Source: Nemertoderma westbladi (lineage: Eukaryota > Animalia > Xenacoelomorpha). Taken from it: DNA of 41,574 bases. Positions 26,287-36,097 of the stretch are shown piece after piece; the stretch's first letter is position 1; every line of letters starts with the position of its first letter. The position numbers and the translations under genes were made by a program. Below the pieces are notes generated by a model that ran no database searches, had not been told where the DNA came from, and worked only from the letters and a program-made list of their open reading frames with translations. The DNA lies in assembly GCA_032718475.1 (NCBI GenBank), contig JAUCBJ010007591.1:1-41574 (forward strand). The letters run 5' to 3'.

Positions 26287-27430
26287 TGTAAAGGCTTTTG
26301 CGTAATTAGCCGGTTATTTTCCCCGTAAAGTACTCTGTAGTTAGTTTACTAGGCATAAAAGGGCCGTGTCCTTACTGTACTGGTGTTTTAGAGGACATAA
26401 AGATAATTTCTTCTGTAGGTGTACTTTAGAGGACATAATCCGCAATTTTGTGACGCAATAAGCCGGATACTCTTGAAAACAGTGTGGATACCATGACGAC
26501 GGCTAACAGCTGATATTGCCACGTCGAACATTTCTTTGTTCTTTGTTCTCTCTTTGTTCGGTCGACCAATCAGAGCGTTTTTTGACTCTGTGTTGGAGGT
26601 TGGATACAGAAACTCATGATTTCAGTGTATATGTTTTTGCCCAGAGCCTAAGAACACCGGCTTTTGGCACCTCCGTGTTTCAGTCTTTAGCTTAACATTA
26701 GTAGGCTTAATTATAGAACGTATATCTGTTATCTAATCTTACAAACCAAACCAATTCATACCTTAACATTACTGCTTTTGCTGTCGGTTATTCATTATAT
26801 TTGTTGATGAAATATTATATCGGAATACTGATCCATAATCAGACACCCCAATCTTCTTGATATACTAAAGGTTAGAGAGACCGGATACATATAACGATTG
26901 CGACTTACATTAAGTGGTTTGAAGTGTATCTAATGCTATTTCATAGGCCCGACATAAATTGTCTGTTGCTCTCTTTATATGTGACTAAAATTAGTGAAGG
27001 TCGGCAGATTAGTGTGCAGTATTGTGCAGCGTTGTGTATGATTGTAACTGATAACAAAGCATCTCCTAAATAATGCGCCATATACGTTAATCTATAGCCA
27101 TTCCGTTGTGTCTAGTTTAAGTCATAACTCTGTTTACATATTTAGAGCGCCACGTCCTAAAGGAACTGTTAATATTTCCCGAAAGTGAATAATATTTGTC
27201 AGAGATTATATATTACGATCAGTCGAATAATACAGTAGGCTTACACCTCAATCAAGTTAAGCTTCCGAATTCAGTCTCCCGGGTATATCCAGCGGGTGAA
27301 TGATTGCGCATAGACTGGCTTCGGCTAATGTAGTGTATCAAATACTCGTCATAGGCTAAAGACTGTCTATCATCTAAAAGACATCCCAATTTGGCAGGTT
27401 AAACTGTCAAAGGTCTTAAAAGCGCAAACA
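26287..27430 (+). repeat. 5' LTR (1144 bp)
   Basis: Starts TGTAAAGGCTTTTGCG and ends AAAAGCGCAAACA. Collinear homology with 38215-39386. Shared CCAATCAGAGCG box near 26566. Confidence 0.88.
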
Positions 27431-27441
27431 ATAACAGATAT
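27431..27441 (+). promoter_or_regulatory. Putative self-priming primer-binding site ATAACAGATAT
   Basis: Abuts the LTR end and is the exact reverse complement of 26722-26732. No TGG tRNA-type PBS is present here. Confidence 0.6.
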
Positions 27442-27713
27442 TGCTTCTGGATTGCGGCGTAAGCAATCAAGTCGAAAGTACCGGTCGACCGGAAACCTGT
27501 AGGCCTGAATGCCTGATCACCCGGACCGGTACTTACAGCAGTACAGGTACAGCAGTATTATTCGATTTTGATTATTATCTACCAGTAGGCCTTAATAATT
27601 AATCAGGGACTGCAGCCCTGGTTTTTTATTGAGATTTTACTTATTTCTGTCAAGTTTTATTTATTTGTAGGCCAGTATTGAGCAGAAGGCGTGTAAGCCT
27701 GCTCAGATTGTAC

Positions 27714-28290
27714 AGATAATTTGTAGGCTTGACTATTGTCGAACTGTTGTTAAGTCTGAACGTATTGCAGTGTGTGTAGAGCATCTGTCCGATAAAGTGC
27801 TAGTTAGGAACGTAGGGGCTTCAAATGCTGTGAGGTAAACCCCCTGTGAAAGAATAAGTCGTACTACTAGGTTAGAACGCATACTAACTAATCATTTCGG
27901 AGTCTGCATATACTGTAGTTTATTTAGGCTTGATAGTAGTCTGCCATCGTTTGGTCTGTACTTTATTTGTGTAGTCTGTACGGGTAGCGTATAACTTTAT
28001 TTAGATAATTTGTAGGCTGGATAGTTGTATGGCTGTTGTTGGGTTTGAGGAAATTTCGGTGTGTGTAGAGCACCTGTCCGATAAAGTGCTAGTTGGGAAC
28101 GTAGGGGCTTCAAGTGCTGTGAGGTAAACCCCCTGTGAAAGAATAAGTCGTACTACTAGGTTAGAACGCATACTAACTAATCATTTCGGAGTCTGCACAT
28201 ACCGTAGTTTGTTTGGGCCTGATAGTAGTCTGTCAGTATTTAGTCTGCATTTTGTTTGAGTAGTTTGTACGCGTAGCGTAATATTTATTA
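27714..28290 (+). ncRNA. Tandem 289-nt structured RNA element (2 copies) in the retrotransposon leader
   Basis: Long G-U-rich stem with compensatory changes around a 122-nt core that differs at only 3 positions. Confidence 0.7.
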
Positions 28291-29236
28291 TTCAGAGTTT
28301 ATGCGATTATTCGCAACATTCATATCCCCAATTTTATTCCTACAGTAATTGTGCTTGTTATACATACCGTTATAGTTAAACTAACCCCGGTACTACATCA
28401 GGGCTGCTCGGCGTAGGTAAAGACTGGAGATTTTATGCTTTGGTCACTCCGGCAGATACCGTGGTTCTTTTAGCTGTTCAAGTATTTTTAACTACTAATT
28501 ATTTGTTGTACAAGTACTTGTACCTAATTTAGGGTTTAGTGTACAGTACTTTCCGAAGGTGATTAGTGTGTAGGCAGTATATTTGTGTTGTAAAGTGGTT
28601 AATAGGCACGTTGGTTCTGGTAGACCGCGGTAATTAACTTCTGGGTAGGAACACTCCGTGATACATAACGTAGTACCTATAGCGATACGGTTATAGGTCG
28701 TCAGACGGTGGTATTTTCCTATCTGGACAATGCAGTATATTTACTACTACTTATTATTTTCAAATACAGTAGTAACCTGTCCGTTGTAATAACCAGATAT
28801 TCTAACCCTTTGTTAGGCTGGTTTGTAGATTCCCTGTAAAATTACCCTAAAAATTCGTATTTGTAATTTTTGTGTTTATTTAGAGATTGTAATCTCACCC
28901 CGATTGTACGTAATTTGTAGTAATAAGTAACTTAGGTAAATTAGAATTATTTGTTTTAGTGTCCAACAAGTAGCACTTCACTGAGAGCGCACAGCTTCTG
29001 TGTAGTGACTCCCCCCAGAAATAATAACATTTATTTCAAACATTGACAAAAACCCATTTCAACGGGTATATATATATTATAAATCAACTCAAACGATTTA
29101 TAAATAGTAGGCCTGCCATACAACAATTAGGTCTCAATATCAGTTGGACTACTGCTTAAATAACGGTAATAAAGTAAGTTAAAGTAACCAAGTAACCCTT
29201 AAAATTCAGAAATTCAATTATTCTAAAATAATTGAC

Positions 29237-29484
29237 ATACCGGTATTTACAATAGGCTTATTATATTTATTTCTATAAATTTTAGGCTGAAATCATACCG
29301 GTATTCTGTAATTAATTCTAGTCTGTAATTATACTTATATATATACATTATAAGTGTAAGCTGTATACCGGTATTCACGATAGGCCTATTATATATATAT
29401 AAATTTAGGCTGAAATCATACCGGTATTCTGTAATTAATTATAGTTACTAATAATACTTATATATACTATAAGCATACCGGTAT
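29237..29484 (+). repeat. AT-rich tandem region with five ATACCGGTAT palindromes
   Basis: Copies start at 29237, 29295, 29365, 29418 and 29475. Higher-order repeat of about 123 bp. Confidence 0.85.
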
Positions 29485-29619
29485 TCTAATATTATATATA
29501 TATCACGCTACACTGAGTAGCAGTATCGGTAATTAATTAATAGGCTAGCAGTTACTGCTGAATTACTAGACTTGCTTAGACTGTAATATAGCAGTAGGCA
29601 TTCAACTGTGCAAACAAAC

Positions 29620-32600
29620 ATGTCTGATACTAAGCAGAACCTGTCGGACAGTTTATTAGATGTAACTATCTGCGACTCAGATAGGGATGTAGAACCGTCT
29701 AGACCTAAGTTCAGTTCACCTCCCACTGTGAGAAAGGTCATCCCTCCAGTAGTAATATCAGAACCTAGGCTGGTCCAACATCGTAGGTCTATCATAGGCA
29801 CTCGAGCTCAGGTCAAGCGGGACCAAGAAGCAGCGGAACAGCAACAACCCGCGAGCCAAGAATTTATTCCTCAGCGGCCCGACAGCTCCAGTAGTGAGGA
29901 TACTGTAGAGCTGACACCCGAGCGCGGAGCAAAGATGACGGATGCGGTTTATTCGGATCCCCTTCTCATCCTTCCTACAGCCGTACTCACTAGGTTATTG
30001 ATTGCGGTGGAAGAACACCAGATTGATTGGGCGAGAAATAAGCGATCGACTAAAGATAGTTATGCGGGATACACAAGGGAAGAACTGAAGTCTATTGTCG
30101 AGTCGCAATGGAACTTCCCCGGACCCGGACTCCCGTTTGATTTATCGGAAGCTGCCTGGGAAGACATACACCGGATGGGAGTAGCCAAGGAAACCATCGA
30201 TCCAGCTGTGTGGAAGAGGTCCGCAGCCGGATACGCACAGGGATTCTTCAGCTCTATAGAGCGATTAAAAGAACAACTGTTTCAACAACCCCAAGGACCT
30301 CAAGAGCAGGGACAACTGCTTTATCAAGTTAGAGAAAGAATTCTGCGAATCAGGCTAATCTTATCGGCCTTTGAGGAGGCTTCTAAAAGAAGACAAGACA
30401 CGTCGTTGCAAGTTGCCGTAAAGACTTGGTTTCAACGGGTGAGTCTCCAGGTTCAAGGAACGGCTCAGTGGAAAGCTCAGCTGGAGGAGCGCTCAACCCA
30501 TGGAGAATCAACAGAGGCTACTTTTTCCCAAGTGGAAAGTGAAGCGACAGCAGAGAAACCGCATAAGAGGGATGCCATTGACATCTATCTGTCAGACTAT
30601 CAGCGTTTTTTAGGAGATGAAGAGTTGAGGAGAAGGTTAGATGGACTCAGCCCTAATAGTGAAGGAACCCAGCGTGTGTTGGACGCCATCGATGTGGAGA
30701 TGAGAGCTGCGAACCAAGCCAGATTTGATGAACGCCTTCGCATCACTAGAGTCCAAGAAGAACAAGTGAAGAAAAAACGTATAGAAGATAGAAAGATAGC
30801 AGCAGCAGCAGTGGCAGTGGCAGAAGCGGAAAGAAAAGCGGCAGAAGTGGATAGAAAAGCTGCAGAGGCAGCGGCAGAGGCAAAAGCGGCAGCGGCAGAA
30901 GCGGAAAGAAAGGCGGCCGAAGCGGAAAGAAAAATAGCAGTGGCAGAAGCAGAACGGAGAGCGGCTGAAGAAACCACCCAATTAGAATTGGAAAACATTC
31001 AGGAGAATCAAGACTGCATAAATAAACAGTTAACAGCTAGTAATATGCAGATGATGAATCGATCTACTCCCAAAAGACAGGGATATACATCATCTGAGGA
31101 AGGCGATACCACCGATACTGAAGGCAAAGAAAATAGCTCTCGTCTAAGCAGACGTAGAAGAACATCCCACCGTCAGAAATTGCCTGATTTGCCTCCAGCT
31201 GTTAGAAGGCAACTAAATAACACCAACTTAGGTAGTACAGAACCCACAGACCAAATAATTACAATAGAAAGACTCCCTACTATAGTAGATGAGCCTGAAA
31301 TAATTAGGCCTGTTCCCGAAGCCACCCTTTCGGTGGCAGAGACACCTGTACTCCCTGAACCTACCTCTAAATTCCCTCTGCACAGCACCAAGCTACCTGT
31401 GCCCAGCAGAACAGCCCATGAGACAGTTCATGTCCTGGACTCCGAGCGAAATATTCATGATTTGTCGCCCGTTGTCCCTCGTCCGCCCGCTACAACGTTG
31501 GCGACTCCCGCTTCGGCGGTCGAATGGGTGGATGAGAGACGAAGGGGGATGGATCTCCTGCTCGGGCAGATGCAGGAGACCGTTCAGCAATTCAAGGGCA
31601 CAGTGAGGGAAAGTAGGTTAGAGTTGCAAGAAGTGCAGCAAAATATCGCGTTAGAACGCGATAAATTAGTAAATACACAAAAGGGTATACCACCACCCTC
31701 GGTAATGATGTGTCAACCTGTTAGGTCTGAAGTATCTCATGCGCAAGGTGTGGAGCCTACACGCATATATACTGCTAGCGAAGTAGAAACTCCTATAGTG
31801 AACCCTATTAAGGGTAATTATAGACCTGTTGATAATGATATTCCTTATAGACCTGATCATAATCCGAGAAATTTATATACCGATAACTCGATATTAAATA
31901 ACACGATGGCCCAAGAAAGTTTTACGCGTCAAATGGCTAGAACCGAAGCCCGGCAAGCGGTAAAGGTGGGAGAGATAGTCAAGTTCAATGGAGATGAGAT
32001 GAAATGGTTACCTTTTAATGAATATTATAAAGATAACATACAGAACTCTGTACTATCTAATGGAGAGAAACTTAGATTCCTCATCGAGTGCTTGGAAGGA
32101 TCTCCCAAGTTAATGGCGTTAAAGTTTATTGGACATCCAGACGGATTAAGACAAGTTTGGAATACACTAAACATCAGGTATGGTAATAGGAATAACATAG
32201 CTAAATATTTGTATGCAAAATTAGTAGCGCCCCGAAAGTTCATTAGCAGCGGGATAATAGAGTTTTCCGATGAGATTCAAGAGATCTGTAGACAATTAGA
32301 TTGGTTAGGTAAGTCTCATGAATATCAGAGTTCTATGGTTATTGGAGCCGTGGCTTCTACTTTACCGAAGGGTGGAGTAGGTACACGCTGGGATAAGAAA
32401 GTGTTATATATGATGGAACAACAACGACGAGACCCTACCATGGCTGATCTCATGTCATTCTTAGATGGAGAAGTGAAATTACAGCTCCTAAAACTGTCCA
32501 GAGAGAAGACACCGGAAAACAAGGTAAGTGAGAAACCCATCTCTAGGAGAAAGGTAACACCAGTGTGTTATACAGACGACGGCGAAAGCCAGACTTCTCA

Positions 32601-35559
32601 AGGAGAGGATAGCGGGAAAGACACTGACAGATCTTATTATGTCATTAAAATGCCTAAAGATCAGGTAAGTAAATTCAAGTCTCGAACCAATGACAGGAGA
32701 GAACAGGTAAGAAAAACTCCTCCTACGTCTCCTAAGAGAATTCAGGTGAGAAAGCCCGAAGAAAAAACAAGTGTGCACAATGTTACTCAAAGTAAGGTAA
32801 GTAACATCAAACCGAAATGTGCGCTATGTGACGGGACCCATCGCTTGAATATGTGTGATGAATTCCTAAAGAAATCATTAACTGAGAGACGGGAAGTCAT
32901 GTGGGATAAGCGGTTGTGTTATAATTGCCTCAGACAAGGACACCAATGGCGAACCTGTTACTCCAACACAAGGTGTGCAAAGTGCGGTGCGAAACATCAT
33001 ATCTTGTTGCACACTGAATTCGAGCGAAATAGTCCGAGTCAGGTAAGTGATTCCGAACTACATGTCCAATTCAGTGATGTGAACGACACGGATCAATCTG
33101 AGATGGAAGGATTCTATACGGACGAGTTCTCCGACGAAAACGAATCCTGTTACATGATAAATACCGCAGTGTATCGAGCACTCACTTATGAAAAAGATAC
33201 AGACATTGACCTCACTCTAACTACTTCTGATCGACAACCATCTTGGAAAGCGCCAACTTCCAATGTAGGGATCCGAGAATTTCCTGTGGTACAGGTAAGG
33301 GTCCACGGACCAAAAAGGAGTTATGTAGTGAACGCCCTCCTTGACTCCGGTAGTACGGGAACATTCATCGACAAAGAGCTAGCCGAAGACATATTTGCTG
33401 GACAACCCAAGTTCCGAACCAAGCTAAACATGTCAGGAATTATGCAGGTTTGGAAATCTACAGTAACAGCGGATTATTATGTAGGTGCGTTGTCCACCCC
33501 CCAGGACGAACTAGGAGAACATAGCATAAGGTCAGTGAAAATGGTGGCAATAAAGAACTTCGCTACCACCCAAGTGGAACCTTATAACTGGGACGAGGAC
33601 GATTTCACCCAGCAGCTGGAAATACCTAGATTCGACACCGATTACCCTGGAGTGCAAATACTCATCGGTCAAAACGCGCATGAAGCGCTCGAGACATTGG
33701 AAAAACGGCCCGCTCAACCGCAACCATTACAACCTTATGCGATAAGAACTAGAGTGGGTTGGTACTTTACTGGCCCTTCCCGTAGAACTCTCATGGAAAG
33801 ATTACCGAAAGATCAGGTATATCAAGTGCGAGAATGGGAAGTTGAGAACAGTGAGTTAGACGATCCAACTGAGGGAACTCCATACTCCTCAGACAACGAC
33901 GATATACATCAACTCTTCGATGAGGAGAATGCCATCGATCTCCTTAAGGAAAATGAGACTTGGCAAAACCAAGTAAACTTATGTCAACTCCTTCTTCCAT
34001 CAGATCGAGACGACTATAACGACGAGCTTAATGAAGTCATTGAACGTTATAATGCCAAGACTCGGGATGAACACGCCGTGAGATTCTTTACTCAAGAGGC
34101 TGTAGAGCCCAACTCCTACGATAAAGCCCTATCGGTGGAGGAAGAAAGAGCCAAGCAGATCCAAGCGACAACTACTCGTTTTCTTAAAGATCAAGGTAGA
34201 TATGAGATCGGTCTTCCTTTCCGAAAGCGAGAACCAAAGTTCATTAACAACAGACCCTTGGCGGAGAAAAGAATTGCTCAACTACATCGACGCCTTACGG
34301 CAAATTCTTCAGCTAAAGAAATGTATCAAACGCAGTTGAAGAAGTTTATTAGCAAGGGATATGCGGAGCTAGTACCGGAAGAAACACCTATAACTGAGAG
34401 AACGTATTATTTAACTCACCATTACGTTCCCAAACCCGGTAAACCCCATGAAGTACGAGTGGTGTTTGACGGCTCCGCCCTTTATATGGGCCAATCTCTT
34501 AATTCTGAATTGTTACCCGGACCCAACTTACTCCAATCCTTGTTGGGAATACTATTAAGATTAAGACAATATTCCATTGCTTTCGCCTCAGATATAGAAG
34601 GTATGTTCTTACAAGTCAAAGCGCTGGATAGGGATCGAGATAGCCTACGATTTCTGTGGTGGCCTGAAGGAGACCTCAACAAGAAACCGGTGGAGTACTG
34701 GATGACCATCCAAGCCTTTGGGATAATCTCGAGTCCTTCAAACGCCTGTTCCGTGGTGCGCACCACTGCGGATGACAACCGAGACGCCTTCTCTAAAGAG
34801 GTGATCGACAATATCAAACGAGACATCTACATGGACGATAATCTAAAGTCCCTTCCATCAGTCGAAGAAGCCATTGAGGTCGCTAAAGAAACGGTAGAAT
34901 GCTTAAAGAAAGGTGGATTTCGATTAACTAAATTCACTAGCAACTCCCGTGAGTTTCTGGAGTCGATCCCGGTAGAAGATCGAGGAGCAAAAGACCTAGA
35001 TCTAATAAAGGATGATCTCCCAGAAACTAAGACCCTTGGTTTGAAATGGGACACAGAAAGATATATCCTGTTTTTCCAACTAAAACAGCGAGATAATCCA
35101 GTTCGGACTAAACGGATTTGTTTAAGTATCCTGAGCACTTATTTCGATCCATTGGGATTTATTAGCCCAGTTATATTGATTGCTCGGAGTTTAGTACAAC
35201 AAATGTGGCTTGAAAACCACTCATGGGACGATCCACTTAAGGGAGAGTTATTAAAGAAGTGGATGAAATGGGAAGATTCTCTACCAGCCATCGAAAACTT
35301 TATAATTTCCCGTTCATATTTTGGTCATGTTCTCCCTACGTATTCCTATCAACTCCATGTGTTTGGAGACGCCAGCGATATGGGAATAGGTATAGTAGCC
35401 TACCTAAGGGTGGAAACTCCGGACGGAATCAAAGTCGCCTTGGTTACCTCTAAGGCATTGATAAACAACAAGTTGAAAGTTCCTCGAGCGGAGTTAAAAG
35501 CGGCTCTATATGGATCTCAGATCACTCTATTAAATAGCATCCCAGATCTGTATGCATGA
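29620..35559 (+). CDS. BEL/Pao Gag-protease-RT-(partial RNase H) polyprotein, 1979 aa from the first ATG
   Basis: DUF1759-like KFNGDEMKW...LNIRYGN, three Cys/His knuckles (CALCDGTH, CYNCLRQGH, CAKCGAKHH), LLDSGS, RVVFDGS, YMDD, HVFGDAS and PRAEL. Ends before the rest of RNase H and integrase. Confidence 0.95.
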   Translation: MSDTKQNLSDSLLDVTICDSDRDVEPSRPKFSSPPTVRKVIPPVVISEPRLVQHRRSIIGTRAQVKRDQEAAEQQQPASQEFIPQRPDSSSSEDTVELTPERGAKMTDAVYSDPLLILPTAVLTRLLIAVEEHQIDWARNKRSTKDSYAGYTREELKSIVESQWNFPGPGLPFDLSEAAWEDIHRMGVAKETIDPAVWKRSAAGYAQGFFSSIERLKEQLFQQPQGPQEQGQLLYQVRERILRIRLILSAFEEASKRRQDTSLQVAVKTWFQRVSLQVQGTAQWKAQLEERSTHGESTEATFSQVESEATAEKPHKRDAIDIYLSDYQRFLGDEELRRRLDGLSPNSEGTQRVLDAIDVEMRAANQARFDERLRITRVQEEQVKKKRIEDRKIAAAAVAVAEAERKAAEVDRKAAEAAAEAKAAAAEAERKAAEAERKIAVAEAERRAAEETTQLELENIQENQDCINKQLTASNMQMMNRSTPKRQGYTSSEEGDTTDTEGKENSSRLSRRRRTSHRQKLPDLPPAVRRQLNNTNLGSTEPTDQIITIERLPTIVDEPEIIRPVPEATLSVAETPVLPEPTSKFPLHSTKLPVPSRTAHETVHVLDSERNIHDLSPVVPRPPATTLATPASAVEWVDERRRGMDLLLGQMQETVQQFKGTVRESRLELQEVQQNIALERDKLVNTQKGIPPPSVMMCQPVRSEVSHAQGVEPTRIYTASEVETPIVNPIKGNYRPVDNDIPYRPDHNPRNLYTDNSILNNTMAQESFTRQMARTEARQAVKVGEIVKFNGDEMKWLPFNEYYKDNIQNSVLSNGEKLRFLIECLEGSPKLMALKFIGHPDGLRQVWNTLNIRYGNRNNIAKYLYAKLVAPRKFISSGIIEFSDEIQEICRQLDWLGKSHEYQSSMVIGAVASTLPKGGVGTRWDKKVLYMMEQQRRDPTMADLMSFLDGEVKLQLLKLSREKTPENKVSEKPISRRKVTPVCYTDDGESQTSQGEDSGKDTDRSYYVIKMPKDQVSKFKSRTNDRREQVRKTPPTSPKRIQVRKPEEKTSVHNVTQSKVSNIKPKCALCDGTHRLNMCDEFLKKSLTERREVMWDKRLCYNCLRQGHQWRTCYSNTRCAKCGAKHHILLHTEFERNSPSQVSDSELHVQFSDVNDTDQSEMEGFYTDEFSDENESCYMINTAVYRALTYEKDTDIDLTLTTSDRQPSWKAPTSNVGIREFPVVQVRVHGPKRSYVVNALLDSGSTGTFIDKELAEDIFAGQPKFRTKLNMSGIMQVWKSTVTADYYVGALSTPQDELGEHSIRSVKMVAIKNFATTQVEPYNWDEDDFTQQLEIPRFDTDYPGVQILIGQNAHEALETLEKRPAQPQPLQPYAIRTRVGWYFTGPSRRTLMERLPKDQVYQVREWEVENSELDDPTEGTPYSSDNDDIHQLFDEENAIDLLKENETWQNQVNLCQLLLPSDRDDYNDELNEVIERYNAKTRDEHAVRFFTQEAVEPNSYDKALSVEEERAKQIQATTTRFLKDQGRYEIGLPFRKREPKFINNRPLAEKRIAQLHRRLTANSSAKEMYQTQLKKFISKGYAELVPEETPITERTYYLTHHYVPKPGKPHEVRVVFDGSALYMGQSLNSELLPGPNLLQSLLGILLRLRQYSIAFASDIEGMFLQVKALDRDRDSLRFLWWPEGDLNKKPVEYWMTIQAFGIISSPSNACSVVRTTADDNRDAFSKEVIDNIKRDIYMDDNLKSLPSVEEAIEVAKETVECLKKGGFRLTKFTSNSREFLESIPVEDRGAKDLDLIKDDLPETKTLGLKWDTERYILFFQLKQRDNPVRTKRICLSILSTYFDPLGFISPVILIARSLVQQMWLENHSWDDPLKGELLKKWMKWEDSLPAIENFIISRSYFGHVLPTYSYQLHVFGDASDMGIGIVAYLRVETPDGIKVALVTSKALINNKLKVPRAELKAALYGSQITLLNSIPDLYA

Positions 35560-36097
35560 GAATTACCCTAATTCTACTGCTAGCTTTCCATAATGTCACC
35601 ATAGCAACAACCACGCTAGAAATAGAAAAGAGTTAAAAGAGCAATAGAAAGCTTATCCCATTGAATAGCATACGGAATAAATAGCACACTGCTAGTATCC
35701 AGGGATACATAATAATAATGTGGCATTCTGGAAGGCACTTGACTAACGGACAAATGGCCCGAATGTGTACAATTTGTGACAGTTGTGTGGAATTTGTGCG
35801 TTTATAGGTGAATGTTACTACTAAAGTGTGTTTACAGTAGCGAGTCGCAGTTGTGAAAGTTACCCTGCCTCTGTAGCAAGAACCTGAAGTAATTCTGAGC
35901 CCTTGGGACGGACAGTGGAGTGACTCGCGCTGGTTATTGTTGTCGTTGTGTAGCTCCTACGTTGGCGAGAGACACAGCGGCGACAGTACATTAGTGCTGA
36001 GGGGCTTGCGCTGTCCGGGGGCATGGAGGGGGAGGCAGTGACGACCGCTAGCCTAAATTATGATTAATTATAATATCGATAAACTCATATAGCAGCT

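Noticed and set aside
27448-27465. TGGATTGCGGCG as a tRNA PBS
   Set aside because: It lies 17 nt from the LTR end and I recognise no tRNA 3' end complementary to it. A tRNA search is still needed.
27850-27875. AAGAATAAGTCGTA resembling the SSU rRNA 3' end or a group I intron S element
   Set aside because: The match is too short, with no rRNA context and no canonical P7 partner.
30600-35138. Minus-strand ORFs inside gag-pol
   Set aside because: Antisense shadows of the long coding frame.
36041-36063. RPLA-KL-like integrase C-terminal remnant
   Set aside because: Needs a frameshift and the upstream sequence shows no integrase similarity. Probably chance.
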